Shown: positions 55,652 to 64,000 of the stretch, one piece after another
Layout of the letters: the number at the start of each line of letters is the position of its first letter
How positions within the stretch are numbered: the first letter of the stretch is position 1
Assembly: GCA_039029475.1 (NCBI GenBank)
Contig: JBCCGB010000011.1
Location: 64,264 to 128,263, forward strand
Origin: Pseudomonadota bacterium
Lineage (GTDB): Bacteria > Pseudomonadota > Alphaproteobacteria > Caulobacterales > Hyphomonadaceae
DNA: 64,000 bases
Direction of reading: 5' to 3'
Position numbers and translations under genes: made by a program
The notes under the pieces: model-generated
Told to the model about the DNA's origin: nothing
What the model saw: only the letters and a program-made list of their open reading frames with translations
Databases searched by the model: none

Positions 55652-58279
55652 ATGAAGCTGATGGCCAGCGCAATTCTGGCGGCGTGTCTGATCTGGACTG
55701 CACACGCGCAAGACTATCCGACGACGGACTATGATCCGGACGTGCCGAAATTGCTGGACGTGGTCGGGCATGAGCATGGCGCCATGGTGTCCTCTGCTGC
55801 CGAGATTACCGCCTTCATGCGCGCCCTGGCGGCCCACGACCCGTCGCGGATGCGGGTCGAATCCTATGGTGAGACATGGCAGGGGCGGGAGCTCACTTTC
55901 GCGGTCATTTCGTCACCGGAAAACATGGCGCGGCTGGAGGCCATTCAAGCCGATCTTGCTGAGCTCGGACGTGGTCAAGCGCTCGCGCAACAGACCCTGG
56001 ACGTCACTCCGGCCGTCGTCTGGTTGTCTTATGGCGTGCATGGCGATGAGATCACGCCGCCGGACAGCGCTTTGTTCATGGCCTATCATTTGATCGCGGC
56101 CCGCAATGACGCCCTTGTCGAGACCATCCTCGCCAACACCATTATCATTATCGATCCGAGTCAAAACCCAGATGGCCGCGATCGGTTCGTGCACAGTTTC
56201 GCATCAGCGCTGGGCCTCAAACCGCAATCTGATCGCTACAGCGTTGAACATGATCAGCCATGGCCGCGCGGACGGTTCAATCATTATCTGTTCGACCTGA
56301 ATCGTGACTGGTTCGCGATGACGCAGCCGGAAACACAAGGCAAAGTCGCTGCCGTCTTGCAATGGAATCCGGTCATCTATGTCGACAGTCACGAAATGGG
56401 CGGCGACAATTCATATTATTTCCCGCCCGCTGCGCGGCCCTATAATCCGAACCTGACTGATGAACAGAAAAGCCGTCAGGTGCAGCTGGGTCGCAATATG
56501 GCGAGCTGGTTTGATCGGTTCGGCGAACCCTATTTCACGCGCGAAGTGTTTGACGCCTTCTATCCTGGCTATGGCGATATGTGGCCGGCACTGAATGGCG
56601 CGATTGCAATGACGTTTGAACAAGCTTCGCCGCGCGGCCTCGTCTTCGCCCGCCGCGATGGCGGCATGCTGACTTACGCGCATGGCGTGCGGAACAATGT
56701 CCTGACGTCACTGGCGACCCTGGAAACGGTGGCGCGGAACAAGAATTCATTCCTGTCCGATTATGCCGCCTACCGACGTTCAGCCATAGATCAGTCGAGC
56801 CGGGCCTCGGATCGATATGTCGTCATCGATCTGGCCGAGCGGCGCTATGAAGGCGAAGCGCTGGCCAGGCGCCTGGCGCGTCAAGGCATCACCGTCCAAC
56901 GTGTGCCGGCCGGCAGCCAGCAGTGCCGGCAATCCTATGCCTCGGGGGCGATTATTGTCGACCTGGCGCAGCCGCAAGGGCGCTTGATCCGGACCCTGCT
57001 CAGCCCATCCACGCCGCTCGCGGAAGATTTCGTGGCCGAACAGGAAAGCCGGCGCGATCGTGGTCTCAATCATGAGCTTTATGATGTCACCGCCTGGGCG
57101 CTGCCGCTGATGGACGGCGTGTCTGCCGAACACTGCAATCGCGTCAATCTGGACCAGGCCGCCGCCATTTCCGCGACCGATCCGATCCCGTCTGTTGCGC
57201 GCGGGCAAGGGCAGTTTGGGTATGTCGTGCCGTGGACCGATGGCGGTCAGGCAAGGCTGGTTATTGCGGCCCTTCAAGCGGGTTTGGCCGGTAAGACAAC
57301 AGACGAACCATTTGTGCAGAATGGCCGCACCTTCCCATCTGGTAGCGTCGTCTTCGCGGCTGCCGACAATCCAGACGATCTTGGTGCGGCGCTGGGCGAG
57401 CTTGCCGACAGTGTCGGTGCAGAACTTGTCCCGATGGCAAATAGCTGGGTCGAGGATGGCCCTAATTTTGGCAGCTCGGCCTTCGCCGCCTTGAAGTCGC
57501 CGCGCATTGCGCTCGCCTGGGGCAATGGCACAAGCCCGACATCGGCGGGGAATACGAGATTTGTGTTAGAGCAACAATTGGGCTTGCCGGTCTCGCCAAT
57601 CCGGGTCTCGACACTCGGACGCGCAGACCTGTCCCTGTATGATGTCCTGATCATCCCTGACACCTATGGCAGCATGGTGCGTCAAATGGGGAGCGCAGAG
57701 CCGCTAAAGGAATTTGTCCGCGAAGGGGGTGTTCTGGTCGCCATCGCGACGGGTGTCTCGGAGCTGGCCAGCGAAGAGGTCGGCTTGCTGTCGACGAAGC
57801 TGGAACTGGCCTCATCCGACGGAGAGAGCGGCGATGATGGTGAAGCCGCGCGGGTGCCTGGGATCAATTTCGCGTCCTTGCAAGAATATGAAGAACACAT
57901 TCACGATCACCGTGCCCGGCCGGAAGATATTCCTGGCGTTCTGGTGCGGACTGTCGCCAACACGGATCACTGGCTGGCTTCGGGCTATGAGACCGCGACC
58001 GCGCTGGTCACGGGCCGTGAGATTTACCGCCCATTGAGTGAAGCGGATGGCAACAATGTGTTTCGATTTGAAGGCGCGGATGACTTGCTCGCCAGTGGTT
58101 ATCTTTGGCAAGAGAACCGTTTGCAGCTGGCTTACAAACCCTTCGTGATGGCGGAACGCCAAGGCGATGGCGTGGTGATTGGATTTACCCAGAGTCCGAC
58201 AACCCGCGCCTATCTGAATGGACTAAATCTTTTGCTGGCCAATGCCGTCCTGCTGGGGCCAGCCCGAATGGCGCACTGA
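55652..58279 (+). CDS. Exported M14-family zinc carboxypeptidase with C-terminal class-I GATase-like domain
   Basis: Signal peptide ending TAHA-Q; VHGDE (HxxE); NPDGRDR; RFNHYLFDLNRDW; DSHEMG; YDVLIIPD...FVREGGVLVAI. Confidence 0.9.
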   Translation: MKLMASAILAACLIWTAHAQDYPTTDYDPDVPKLLDVVGHEHGAMVSSAAEITAFMRALAAHDPSRMRVESYGETWQGRELTFAVISSPENMARLEAIQADLAELGRGQALAQQTLDVTPAVVWLSYGVHGDEITPPDSALFMAYHLIAARNDALVETILANTIIIIDPSQNPDGRDRFVHSFASALGLKPQSDRYSVEHDQPWPRGRFNHYLFDLNRDWFAMTQPETQGKVAAVLQWNPVIYVDSHEMGGDNSYYFPPAARPYNPNLTDEQKSRQVQLGRNMASWFDRFGEPYFTREVFDAFYPGYGDMWPALNGAIAMTFEQASPRGLVFARRDGGMLTYAHGVRNNVLTSLATLETVARNKNSFLSDYAAYRRSAIDQSSRASDRYVVIDLAERRYEGEALARRLARQGITVQRVPAGSQQCRQSYASGAIIVDLAQPQGRLIRTLLSPSTPLAEDFVAEQESRRDRGLNHELYDVTAWALPLMDGVSAEHCNRVNLDQAAAISATDPIPSVARGQGQFGYVVPWTDGGQARLVIAALQAGLAGKTTDEPFVQNGRTFPSGSVVFAAADNPDDLGAALGELADSVGAELVPMANSWVEDGPNFGSSAFAALKSPRIALAWGNGTSPTSAGNTRFVLEQQLGLPVSPIRVSTLGRADLSLYDVLIIPDTYGSMVRQMGSAEPLKEFVREGGVLVAIATGVSELASEEVGLLSTKLELASSDGESGDDGEAARVPGINFASLQEYEEHIHDHRARPEDIPGVLVRTVANTDHWLASGYETATALVTGREIYRPLSEADGNNVFRFEGADDLLASGYLWQENRLQLAYKPFVMAERQGDGVVIGFTQSPTTRAYLNGLNLLLANAVLLGPARMAH

Positions 58280-58311
58280 TGCGCTTGGAAAAAACCGATA
58301 GGAGAAGCGCT

Positions 58312-60330
58312 ATGCTGCGTTCAACGATTTCGATGATGACCCTGACGCTCGCATTGGGCGCGTGTACCACGGGGGTGGTCGCGGAGACCAAACCCCAGCC
58401 GGAGCCCATTGACCCTGTCGTCGTGATGGAAGCGGAAGAAACGATTGGTGGACCCGATTACGCGCTTGCTGCAACCTCACCTGAACCGGGCGCTGTACAA
58501 GTCGGTCTTGCCGGCAGCGACCCCGCCAACATTGCGCGCTATCTGCTTGCGCGCGGGGCGGGACCGGCGCGACTGTCACCTGGCGGCGACCATGTCGCTT
58601 TTCGCTACAGCGTGACGGGTGAGCCGCAGCTTTGGGTGGTGCGCGCAACCGGCGGCGCGCCGCAGCAATTGACCTATGGCAATGGCGTCACCTTCTTCCG
58701 CTGGATGCCGGACGGGTCTGGTCTGATCTATGGCGCCGACAATGACGGCAATGAACAAGAGTCGTATTATTTCGTCTCCGCCGATGGCGTCACCGAGCGG
58801 CTATTGCTGCCGGCTGTCGATGGCGGCTTCCGGTCATTTGGCGACATCTCAGCAAATGGCACCGAAGCGGTGTTTGCGTCGACCGAACGCAATGGGCTTG
58901 ATTTCGATATTTACAAAGCCAACCTCGAGACCGGCGCGACAGAGATGTTGTTCGAAGGCAAATTCGGCTTTTTCGCTGGCGCGATTTCTCCGGATGGAAA
59001 ATACGTCACTGTGACCGAAACAGTGGGTGAAGACTCAGACAATCTATATCTGCTTGATCTGACCAGCGGCGATATGGTGACGGTGTCGAAGCCCGAGCCG
59101 CGGGCCAATCATGGTGATGGTGGGGTGGTCTGGCGTCCGGACAGTTCCGGCTTCTATTTCGCCAGCAATCTCGATCGCGAATTCTCTGCCATTCATGCCT
59201 ATGATGTCGCCGCCGGCGATCTCAGCGTAGTGTTCGAGACCGCGCGGGATGCGAGCGGACTAGAGCTCTGCGGTGAGAGCGGAGACCATCTCGCCTTCAC
59301 TGAAAATGTTGATGGTTTCCACACGTTGCACGTCCGCAATCTGGCCACGGGTGAGACGTTGGAGACGCCGCGGCTTGCCGAAGGCGTTTATGATCTGAGT
59401 TGTGCGCCCGGAACCAATCGGATGTCGATCCGGGTCAATGGCTGGCGCACGCCAGGCGACATTACCGTATGGGACATGGCCGCCAATACGATCAGTCGGA
59501 CCTTCAAATCCAACCTGGCCGGGCTTGATCCTGCCCGTTTCGTCCGCCCGGAAAGCGTTCGCATCACCGCGCGCGATGGGGTTGAGCTGCAAGGGCTGCT
59601 TTACTTGCCGGATGACACCTCGCGCAAAAGCGATGGCTTGCCGCCGGTTCTGTTTGATGTGCATGGCGGTCCGACCGGACAATCGGTCGCCAGCTTTAAT
59701 GCCGTGGTGCAATATCACCTCGATCGCGGCGTCGCTGTGTTCGATCCGAATGTCCGCGGTTCGACCGGGTTTGGGCGGACTTATGTCACGCTCGATGACC
59801 GCGAAAAACGCCGCGACAGTGTTCGCGATCTGATCGATATGGCCGACTATCTGCGCCAGGACGGTCGGGTCGATATGGATCGTGCTGCGGTGAAAGGCGG
59901 CTCTTATGGCGGCTATATGGTGAATGCCGTGCTGGCCCTTTATCCGGACACGTTCTCCGCCGGGGTCAGCCTGTTTGGCGTCGCCGACTGGGTGACCGCC
60001 CTGCAGATCGCCTCGCCGGCTTTACAAGCCTCTGACCGGATTGAGTATGGCGATATTCGCGAACAGGAATGGATAGATTTCTACACGGAAAACTCACCTA
60101 TTCGGCTGGCCGACCAGATCAAGGTGCCGGTCCTGTTCTCGCATGGCGTGATGGACCCGCGGATTGATATTTACGAGACCGAGATCATGGTCAAAACGCT
60201 ACGCGCGAATGGCATTGATACGCCTTATATCCGCATCGAGGATGAAGGTCATGGCTGGCGCAAGCTTGCCAATCGCCTGTTCTATTTCCGGGCGGAAGCG
60301 GACTTCCTGGAAGCACAATTCGAGGACTAG
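58312..60330 (+). CDS. S9-family serine peptidase (beta-propeller plus hydrolase), lipoprotein
   Basis: Lipobox LGAC; DVHGGP; PNVRGSTGFG; GGSYGG (Ser); DPRI (Asp); DEGHG (His); AGGAG RBS before 58312. Confidence 0.93.
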   Translation: MLRSTISMMTLTLALGACTTGVVAETKPQPEPIDPVVVMEAEETIGGPDYALAATSPEPGAVQVGLAGSDPANIARYLLARGAGPARLSPGGDHVAFRYSVTGEPQLWVVRATGGAPQQLTYGNGVTFFRWMPDGSGLIYGADNDGNEQESYYFVSADGVTERLLLPAVDGGFRSFGDISANGTEAVFASTERNGLDFDIYKANLETGATEMLFEGKFGFFAGAISPDGKYVTVTETVGEDSDNLYLLDLTSGDMVTVSKPEPRANHGDGGVVWRPDSSGFYFASNLDREFSAIHAYDVAAGDLSVVFETARDASGLELCGESGDHLAFTENVDGFHTLHVRNLATGETLETPRLAEGVYDLSCAPGTNRMSIRVNGWRTPGDITVWDMAANTISRTFKSNLAGLDPARFVRPESVRITARDGVELQGLLYLPDDTSRKSDGLPPVLFDVHGGPTGQSVASFNAVVQYHLDRGVAVFDPNVRGSTGFGRTYVTLDDREKRRDSVRDLIDMADYLRQDGRVDMDRAAVKGGSYGGYMVNAVLALYPDTFSAGVSLFGVADWVTALQIASPALQASDRIEYGDIREQEWIDFYTENSPIRLADQIKVPVLFSHGVMDPRIDIYETEIMVKTLRANGIDTPYIRIEDEGHGWRKLANRLFYFRAEADFLEAQFED

Positions 60331-60358
60331 GATCGGACCAGGCCTGGGAGGCGGATGG

Positions 60359-61120
60359 ATGACTGAAACAGTCCAGGTGGAGCGTTGCGGGGCAGCGAAC
60401 GTCATCACCATTGACCGGCCGCAAGCGCGCAATGCCGTCGACCCTGAGACGGCTGCAGCGCTGAAGGCCGCCTTCCTGGCGGGTGAGATGGATGCCGAGG
60501 TCGCGGCGCATATCCTGACCGGCGCGAATGGGACATTTTGTGCCGGCGCGGATTTGAAAGCGGTCTCCACCGGCGCGCGCTATGAGCGGACAGGACCGAT
60601 GGGGCCGAGCTGGCTGGCCTTGACCAAGCCATCCATTGCTGCGGTCGAAGGTCATGCGGTCGCGGGCGGACTGGAACTGGCGATCATGTGCGATTTACGG
60701 GTCGCCAGTGAGGCGGCGGTGTTCGGTGTGTTCTGTCGGCGCTGGGGCGTGCCGCTGATTGATGGCGGTACGGTTCGCTTGCCGCGCCTGATCGGGCAGT
60801 CTCGCGCCATGGATATGATCCTGACGGGGCGACCAGTTGGCGCTGAGGAGGCCTTGTCGTTCGGGCTTGCCAACCGCGTAGTCCCGGTCGGTGAGACTCT
60901 CGATGCGGCCCTTGCACTGGCTGAGCAGCTGGCCGGATTTCCTCAGGCCTGTCTGCGCAATGATCGCCTCAGCGCGATTGCGCAATGGGGCATGCCGATG
61001 GCAACAGCGCTCGAATATGAGGCCGAGATTGGCCGCGATTCTCTACGTGCCGGGGCCGCTGCGGGTGCAGGTCGGTTTGCCGATGGCAAAGGCCGCGGCG
61101 GTGATTTCGGCGATATCTGA
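60359..61120 (+). CDS. Crotonase / enoyl-CoA hydratase family protein
   Basis: IDRPQARNAVD; FCAGADL; AVAGGLELAIMCDLRVA; GGTVRLPRLIG; GGAGG RBS before 60359. Confidence 0.9.
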   Translation: MTETVQVERCGAANVITIDRPQARNAVDPETAAALKAAFLAGEMDAEVAAHILTGANGTFCAGADLKAVSTGARYERTGPMGPSWLALTKPSIAAVEGHAVAGGLELAIMCDLRVASEAAVFGVFCRRWGVPLIDGGTVRLPRLIGQSRAMDMILTGRPVGAEEALSFGLANRVVPVGETLDAALALAEQLAGFPQACLRNDRLSAIAQWGMPMATALEYEAEIGRDSLRAGAAAGAGRFADGKGRGGDFGDI

Positions 61121-61126
61121 GTCGGC

Positions 61127-62068
61127 TTACTGCGCCGGCTCCATCAGGCCCTGTGATCCCATCCAGCGGACAAATTGGTCAAACCAGCCATCCGCAGGCA
61201 CGCCGCGTTTGTAAGAGCCGAAGCCATGGCCGCCGGATTGGTAATAGTGGAATTCAACCGCCGCACCGGTGGCTTGCCAGTCTTCGACCAGACCAAAGCC
61301 CTGACCGCGAAACAGCTGATCATCCGCCGCCAGGGCGTTGAACATGGGTGGCAAGGACCTGTCGGCCGGCACATCAATGCCTGCCATCGGGCCGTAAATA
61401 TAACCGATATAGGCAGGTTTCGGCGCCGCATCGTCGTCTGCCAGTGTCACGCCGAGCGTGGTCATGGCACCGGCAGAAAAGCCCAGCATGCCAATCTTGT
61501 CGGCATCATAGCCCCATTCGTCGGCACGGGCTTGGACGATGCCGAGCGCCGCCTGCGCGTCCGCGACGGCGAACGGAATGCCTTGTGTCATATCAATTTG
61601 TGGATCGCCCGGCTGGGGCGACCAGAGCGCGTTCATATGCGCGACATAGCCTTCCTGCGTGGCCGGCGTTTCCATCGTCCGATATTTCAGAACAAAGGCC
61701 GCGACGCCCCGGTCGGCCAACCAGTCGGCAATTGGATAGCCTTCATTGTCCATGGACACGAATTGAAAGCCGCCGCCGGGCACGACGATGACCGCGGCGC
61801 GGGTCGCTGCGGGATCTTCAGGCAGGACCGGCAGCAGCGTTGGCCGCGTGACATTATTGGCCCAGCGTTCGGTGCCGGCATTGCGCCAGACTTCTTCCAG
61901 GCTTGTGCCTTCCGAGCCGGGCGCTTCGCCCTCATAAAGCGGAAGGGCGCCGGCATCTTCCGGGGTTTCAACACGTTCAAATGGCAATGGCGCGGCGACC
62001 TCTTCGGCGCTGGCCACCGGCAAAAGCCAGGCTATGGCGGTGGCGGCGGCGAGTGTTCTGAAACCCAT
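61127..62068 (-). CDS. Exported alpha/beta hydrolase (esterase-like)
   Basis: Signal peptide; VPGGGF oxyanion loop; GFSAG nucleophile elbow; ADD; GGHGFG. Confidence 0.88.
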   Translation of the reverse strand: MGFRTLAAATAIAWLLPVASAEEVAAPLPFERVETPEDAGALPLYEGEAPGSEGTSLEEVWRNAGTERWANNVTRPTLLPVLPEDPAATRAAVIVVPGGGFQFVSMDNEGYPIADWLADRGVAAFVLKYRTMETPATQEGYVAHMNALWSPQPGDPQIDMTQGIPFAVADAQAALGIVQARADEWGYDADKIGMLGFSAGAMTTLGVTLADDDAAPKPAYIGYIYGPMAGIDVPADRSLPPMFNALAADDQLFRGQGFGLVEDWQATGAAVEFHYYQSGGHGFGSYKRGVPADGWFDQFVRWMGSQGLMEPAQ

Positions 62069-62098
62069 AATGCATCCCTCATTCGGCTTGAAAGAGAG

Positions 62099-63454
62099 CT
62101 ATAGCGCATCACCATACAAATCATAAGCGTCTGCATCGGAAATCTTGGCCGGGACCACGTCACCGGCCGACAAGGCGCGCTCTGATTTCAGATAAACCAC
62201 CCCGTCAATCTCCGGCGCGTCGGCGCGCGACCGCGCCAGATATTCACCCGCTGCATCGCTTGGCCCATCAATAATCACATCCTGGGTCGTGCCGATCTGT
62301 GCTGCGGCGCGAGCGGTGGAAATCTCGGCCTGCACTTCCATGAAGCGATGCCAGCGTTCTTCCTTGACCGCTTCCGGCAGATGCCCGGGCAAGTCGCGGC
62401 TGTCAGCATGGGCGACATTCTCATATTTGAAACAGCCGGCGCGATCGATTTTCGCTTCGCGGATAAAGTCGAGCAGGATGTTGAAATCCTCCTCTGTTTC
62501 GCCGGGAAAGCCGACAATGAAGGTTGAGCGGATGGCGAGATCCGGGACATCTCGGCGCCATTGCTGAATGCGCTCGAGCACGCGGTCCTGCTTGGCCGGG
62601 CGTTTCATGGCTTTGAGCACTTTGCCGCTGGCATGCTGGAACGGGATGTCGAGATAGGGTGTGATCGCCCCGTCCGCCATGAGCGGAATGACTTTGTCGA
62701 CATGCGGGTAGGGATAGACATAATGCATCCGCGTCCACACGCCGAGCGAGGACAGGCCTTTCGCCAGGTCGAGGAAGCGCGTCTCATAGGCCTCGCCTTT
62801 CCACGCGTGCGGGGCGTATTTCACGTCGAGGCCATAGGCACTGGTATCCTGGCTGATGACCAGGAGTTCCTTGACCCCAGCGCGCACCAATTGCTCGGCT
62901 TCTGCGAGGACATGATGGATCGGACGGGAGACCAGGTCGCCGCGCAATTTCGGAATGATGCAAAAGCTGCAGCGATTGTTACAGCCTTCGGAAATCTTCA
63001 AATAGGCATAATGGCGGGGCGTCAGGCGCAGGCCGCTTTCAGGCACCAGGTCGGTGTGCGGATTGTGCGGCGGGGTCAGGTGCTGATGCACCGCGCCCAT
63101 GACTTGCTCATATTGATGTGGGCCGGTGACCGCCAGCACTTTCGGGTGGGCCTGTTCGATCACCTCTGGCTCGGCGCCAAGACAGCCTGTGACAATCACT
63201 TTGCCATTTGCTTCAATCGCTTCGCCAATGGCATCGAGACTTTCTTCCCGGGCGCTGTCGAGGAAACCACACGTGTTGACCAGAACCAGATCGGCGCCAG
63301 CATAATCGGGGCTGATCTGATAGCCTTCAGCGCGCAAGCGGGTGACGATGCGTTCTGAATCGACCAGGGCTTTCGGACAGCCAAGCGAGACAATCCCGAC
63401 TTTCGGAATGGCATTCGGCTTGATCGGGGCAGGGCGGTCGAGGGTGGTGGTCAT
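62099..63454 (-). CDS. rimO: Ribosomal protein S12 methylthiotransferase
   Basis: [12 protein letters not shown]; NTCGFL; radical SAM motif CNNRCSFC; [12 protein letters not shown]; TRAM domain [11 protein letters not shown]. Confidence 0.97.
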   Translation of the reverse strand: MTTTLDRPAPIKPNAIPKVGIVSLGCPKALVDSERIVTRLRAEGYQISPDYAGADLVLVNTCGFLDSAREESLDAIGEAIEANGKVIVTGCLGAEPEVIEQAHPKVLAVTGPHQYEQVMGAVHQHLTPPHNPHTDLVPESGLRLTPRHYAYLKISEGCNNRCSFCIIPKLRGDLVSRPIHHVLAEAEQLVRAGVKELLVISQDTSAYGLDVKYAPHAWKGEAYETRFLDLAKGLSSLGVWTRMHYVYPYPHVDKVIPLMADGAITPYLDIPFQHASGKVLKAMKRPAKQDRVLERIQQWRRDVPDLAIRSTFIVGFPGETEEDFNILLDFIREAKIDRAGCFKYENVAHADSRDLPGHLPEAVKEERWHRFMEVQAEISTARAAAQIGTTQDVIIDGPSDAAGEYLARSRADAPEIDGVVYLKSERALSAGDVVPAKISDADAYDLYGDAL

Positions 63455-63502
63455 GGCCGCGCTGTTATACGGTTGAGGCCGGTTTGAAAAGGAGCCTGCC
63501 TC

Positions 63503-63898
63503 ATGCCCGACAATGTCCCGGATCGCGGACGGCTGTGGACGCTGGCGCTGATCGCGGCGGTGATTGGCGGCGCAACGGGCCTCTCCTTCTGGAACCAGAT
63601 CGAAGCGGGCGGCGGCATGGGCTGGGTCGGTTGGCTGATCATCGTCATGCTGGCGCTGATTTCCTATTCAATCGCCTTCTATTTCGGGCATCGCTTCTTT
63701 GAAGGGTCTCTGGATCAATATATCGTCTCGGACACGTTCAAGAAAAAGCATGACTGGATTGATCTCGAAACCGAGACACGCGACAGCGGCGATGCCGGGA
63801 TTGATCGCTGGGTCGCGCATTACAAATTCATCCGGACCCTGTTTGCGATGGGTCTGTTGCCGCTATTGGCCTGTGTGTATCTGTTTTTCTTTGCCTGA
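63503..63898 (+). CDS. Hypothetical 3-TM membrane protein
   Basis: 131-aa ORF divergent from rimO with AGGAG RBS; three hydrophobic segments around a charged loop; family not recognised. Confidence 0.7.
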   Translation: MPDNVPDRGRLWTLALIAAVIGGATGLSFWNQIEAGGGMGWVGWLIIVMLALISYSIAFYFGHRFFEGSLDQYIVSDTFKKKHDWIDLETETRDSGDAGIDRWVAHYKFIRTLFAMGLLPLLACVYLFFFA

Positions 63899-64000
63899 CC
63901 GGGGGCCAGAAAGAGCGCTCACGGCGATCCACAACTGGGCACCGCTTGCCGTGCCAGATGATGCAGCCAGTATAACATGTTTTGCCGTTCCGGATCGCGC

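Noticed and set aside
63899-64000. Possible 3' end of a minus-strand gene (RDPERQNMLYWLHHLARQAVPSCGSP*)
   Set aside because: Too short and truncated by the window edge to support a call.
1-64000. CRISPR arrays, IS elements, prophage, defence systems, REP-like repeats
   Set aside because: None seen; the six intergenic hairpins share no sequence with one another.

Overview
Chromosomal segment from a GC-rich alphaproteobacterium. It is most likely Hyphomonadaceae/Caulobacterales-like, inferred from podJ with a CtrA box, the carA-yqeY-dnaG-rpoD and leuS-lptE-holA synteny, and the exported hydrolases plus a TonB-dependent receptor. No CRISPR array, integrase, transposase or phage gene is visible. 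Left to right: leuS 3' end, lptE, holA, a TspO-like protein and podJ; a LiuR-type MerR regulator heading a beta-oxidation cluster (two acyl-CoA dehydrogenases, PaaI thioesterase, thiolase, a small glycine-zipper ORF, FadJ/FadB); an OmpA lipoprotein, lolA, a TetR, carA, yqeY, a serine hydrolase, a GGDEF protein, dnaG and rpoD; a TMEM175-family channel divergent from a BlaI + M56/M23 module; etfBA, an NDUFAF7/MidA methyltransferase, lgt, ubiK, ybjN, proC and a degenerate TetR-fold gene; an EnvZ-like kinase separated from its likely MarR-OmpR partners by fkbM, an OxyR-like LysR, an unannotated 59-aa ORF and a GST; ilvE; then a ~22 kb amide/peptide-catabolic region (TonB receptor, TPR-sulfotransferase, amidohydrolase, DUF917, hydantoinase A, cytosine-type permease, M13, tRNA-Arg(ACG), P1, GGT, M14, S9, crotonase, alpha/beta hydrolase); rimO and a small membrane protein. 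The best candidates for undescribed biology are: (1) an OxyR-like regulator lacking both redox cysteines that faces, across an OxyR-type four-tetramer box, a 59-aa Arg-tailed protein missed by the ORF track; (2) the permease-HyuA-DUF917 operon with no HyuB, flanked by exported peptidases; (3) the BlaI/M56-M23 module with a GACA-N2-TGTC operator; (4) a LiuR-type box in front of an outer-membrane lipoprotein gene. All family assignments come from motif recognition by eye; no database search was run.
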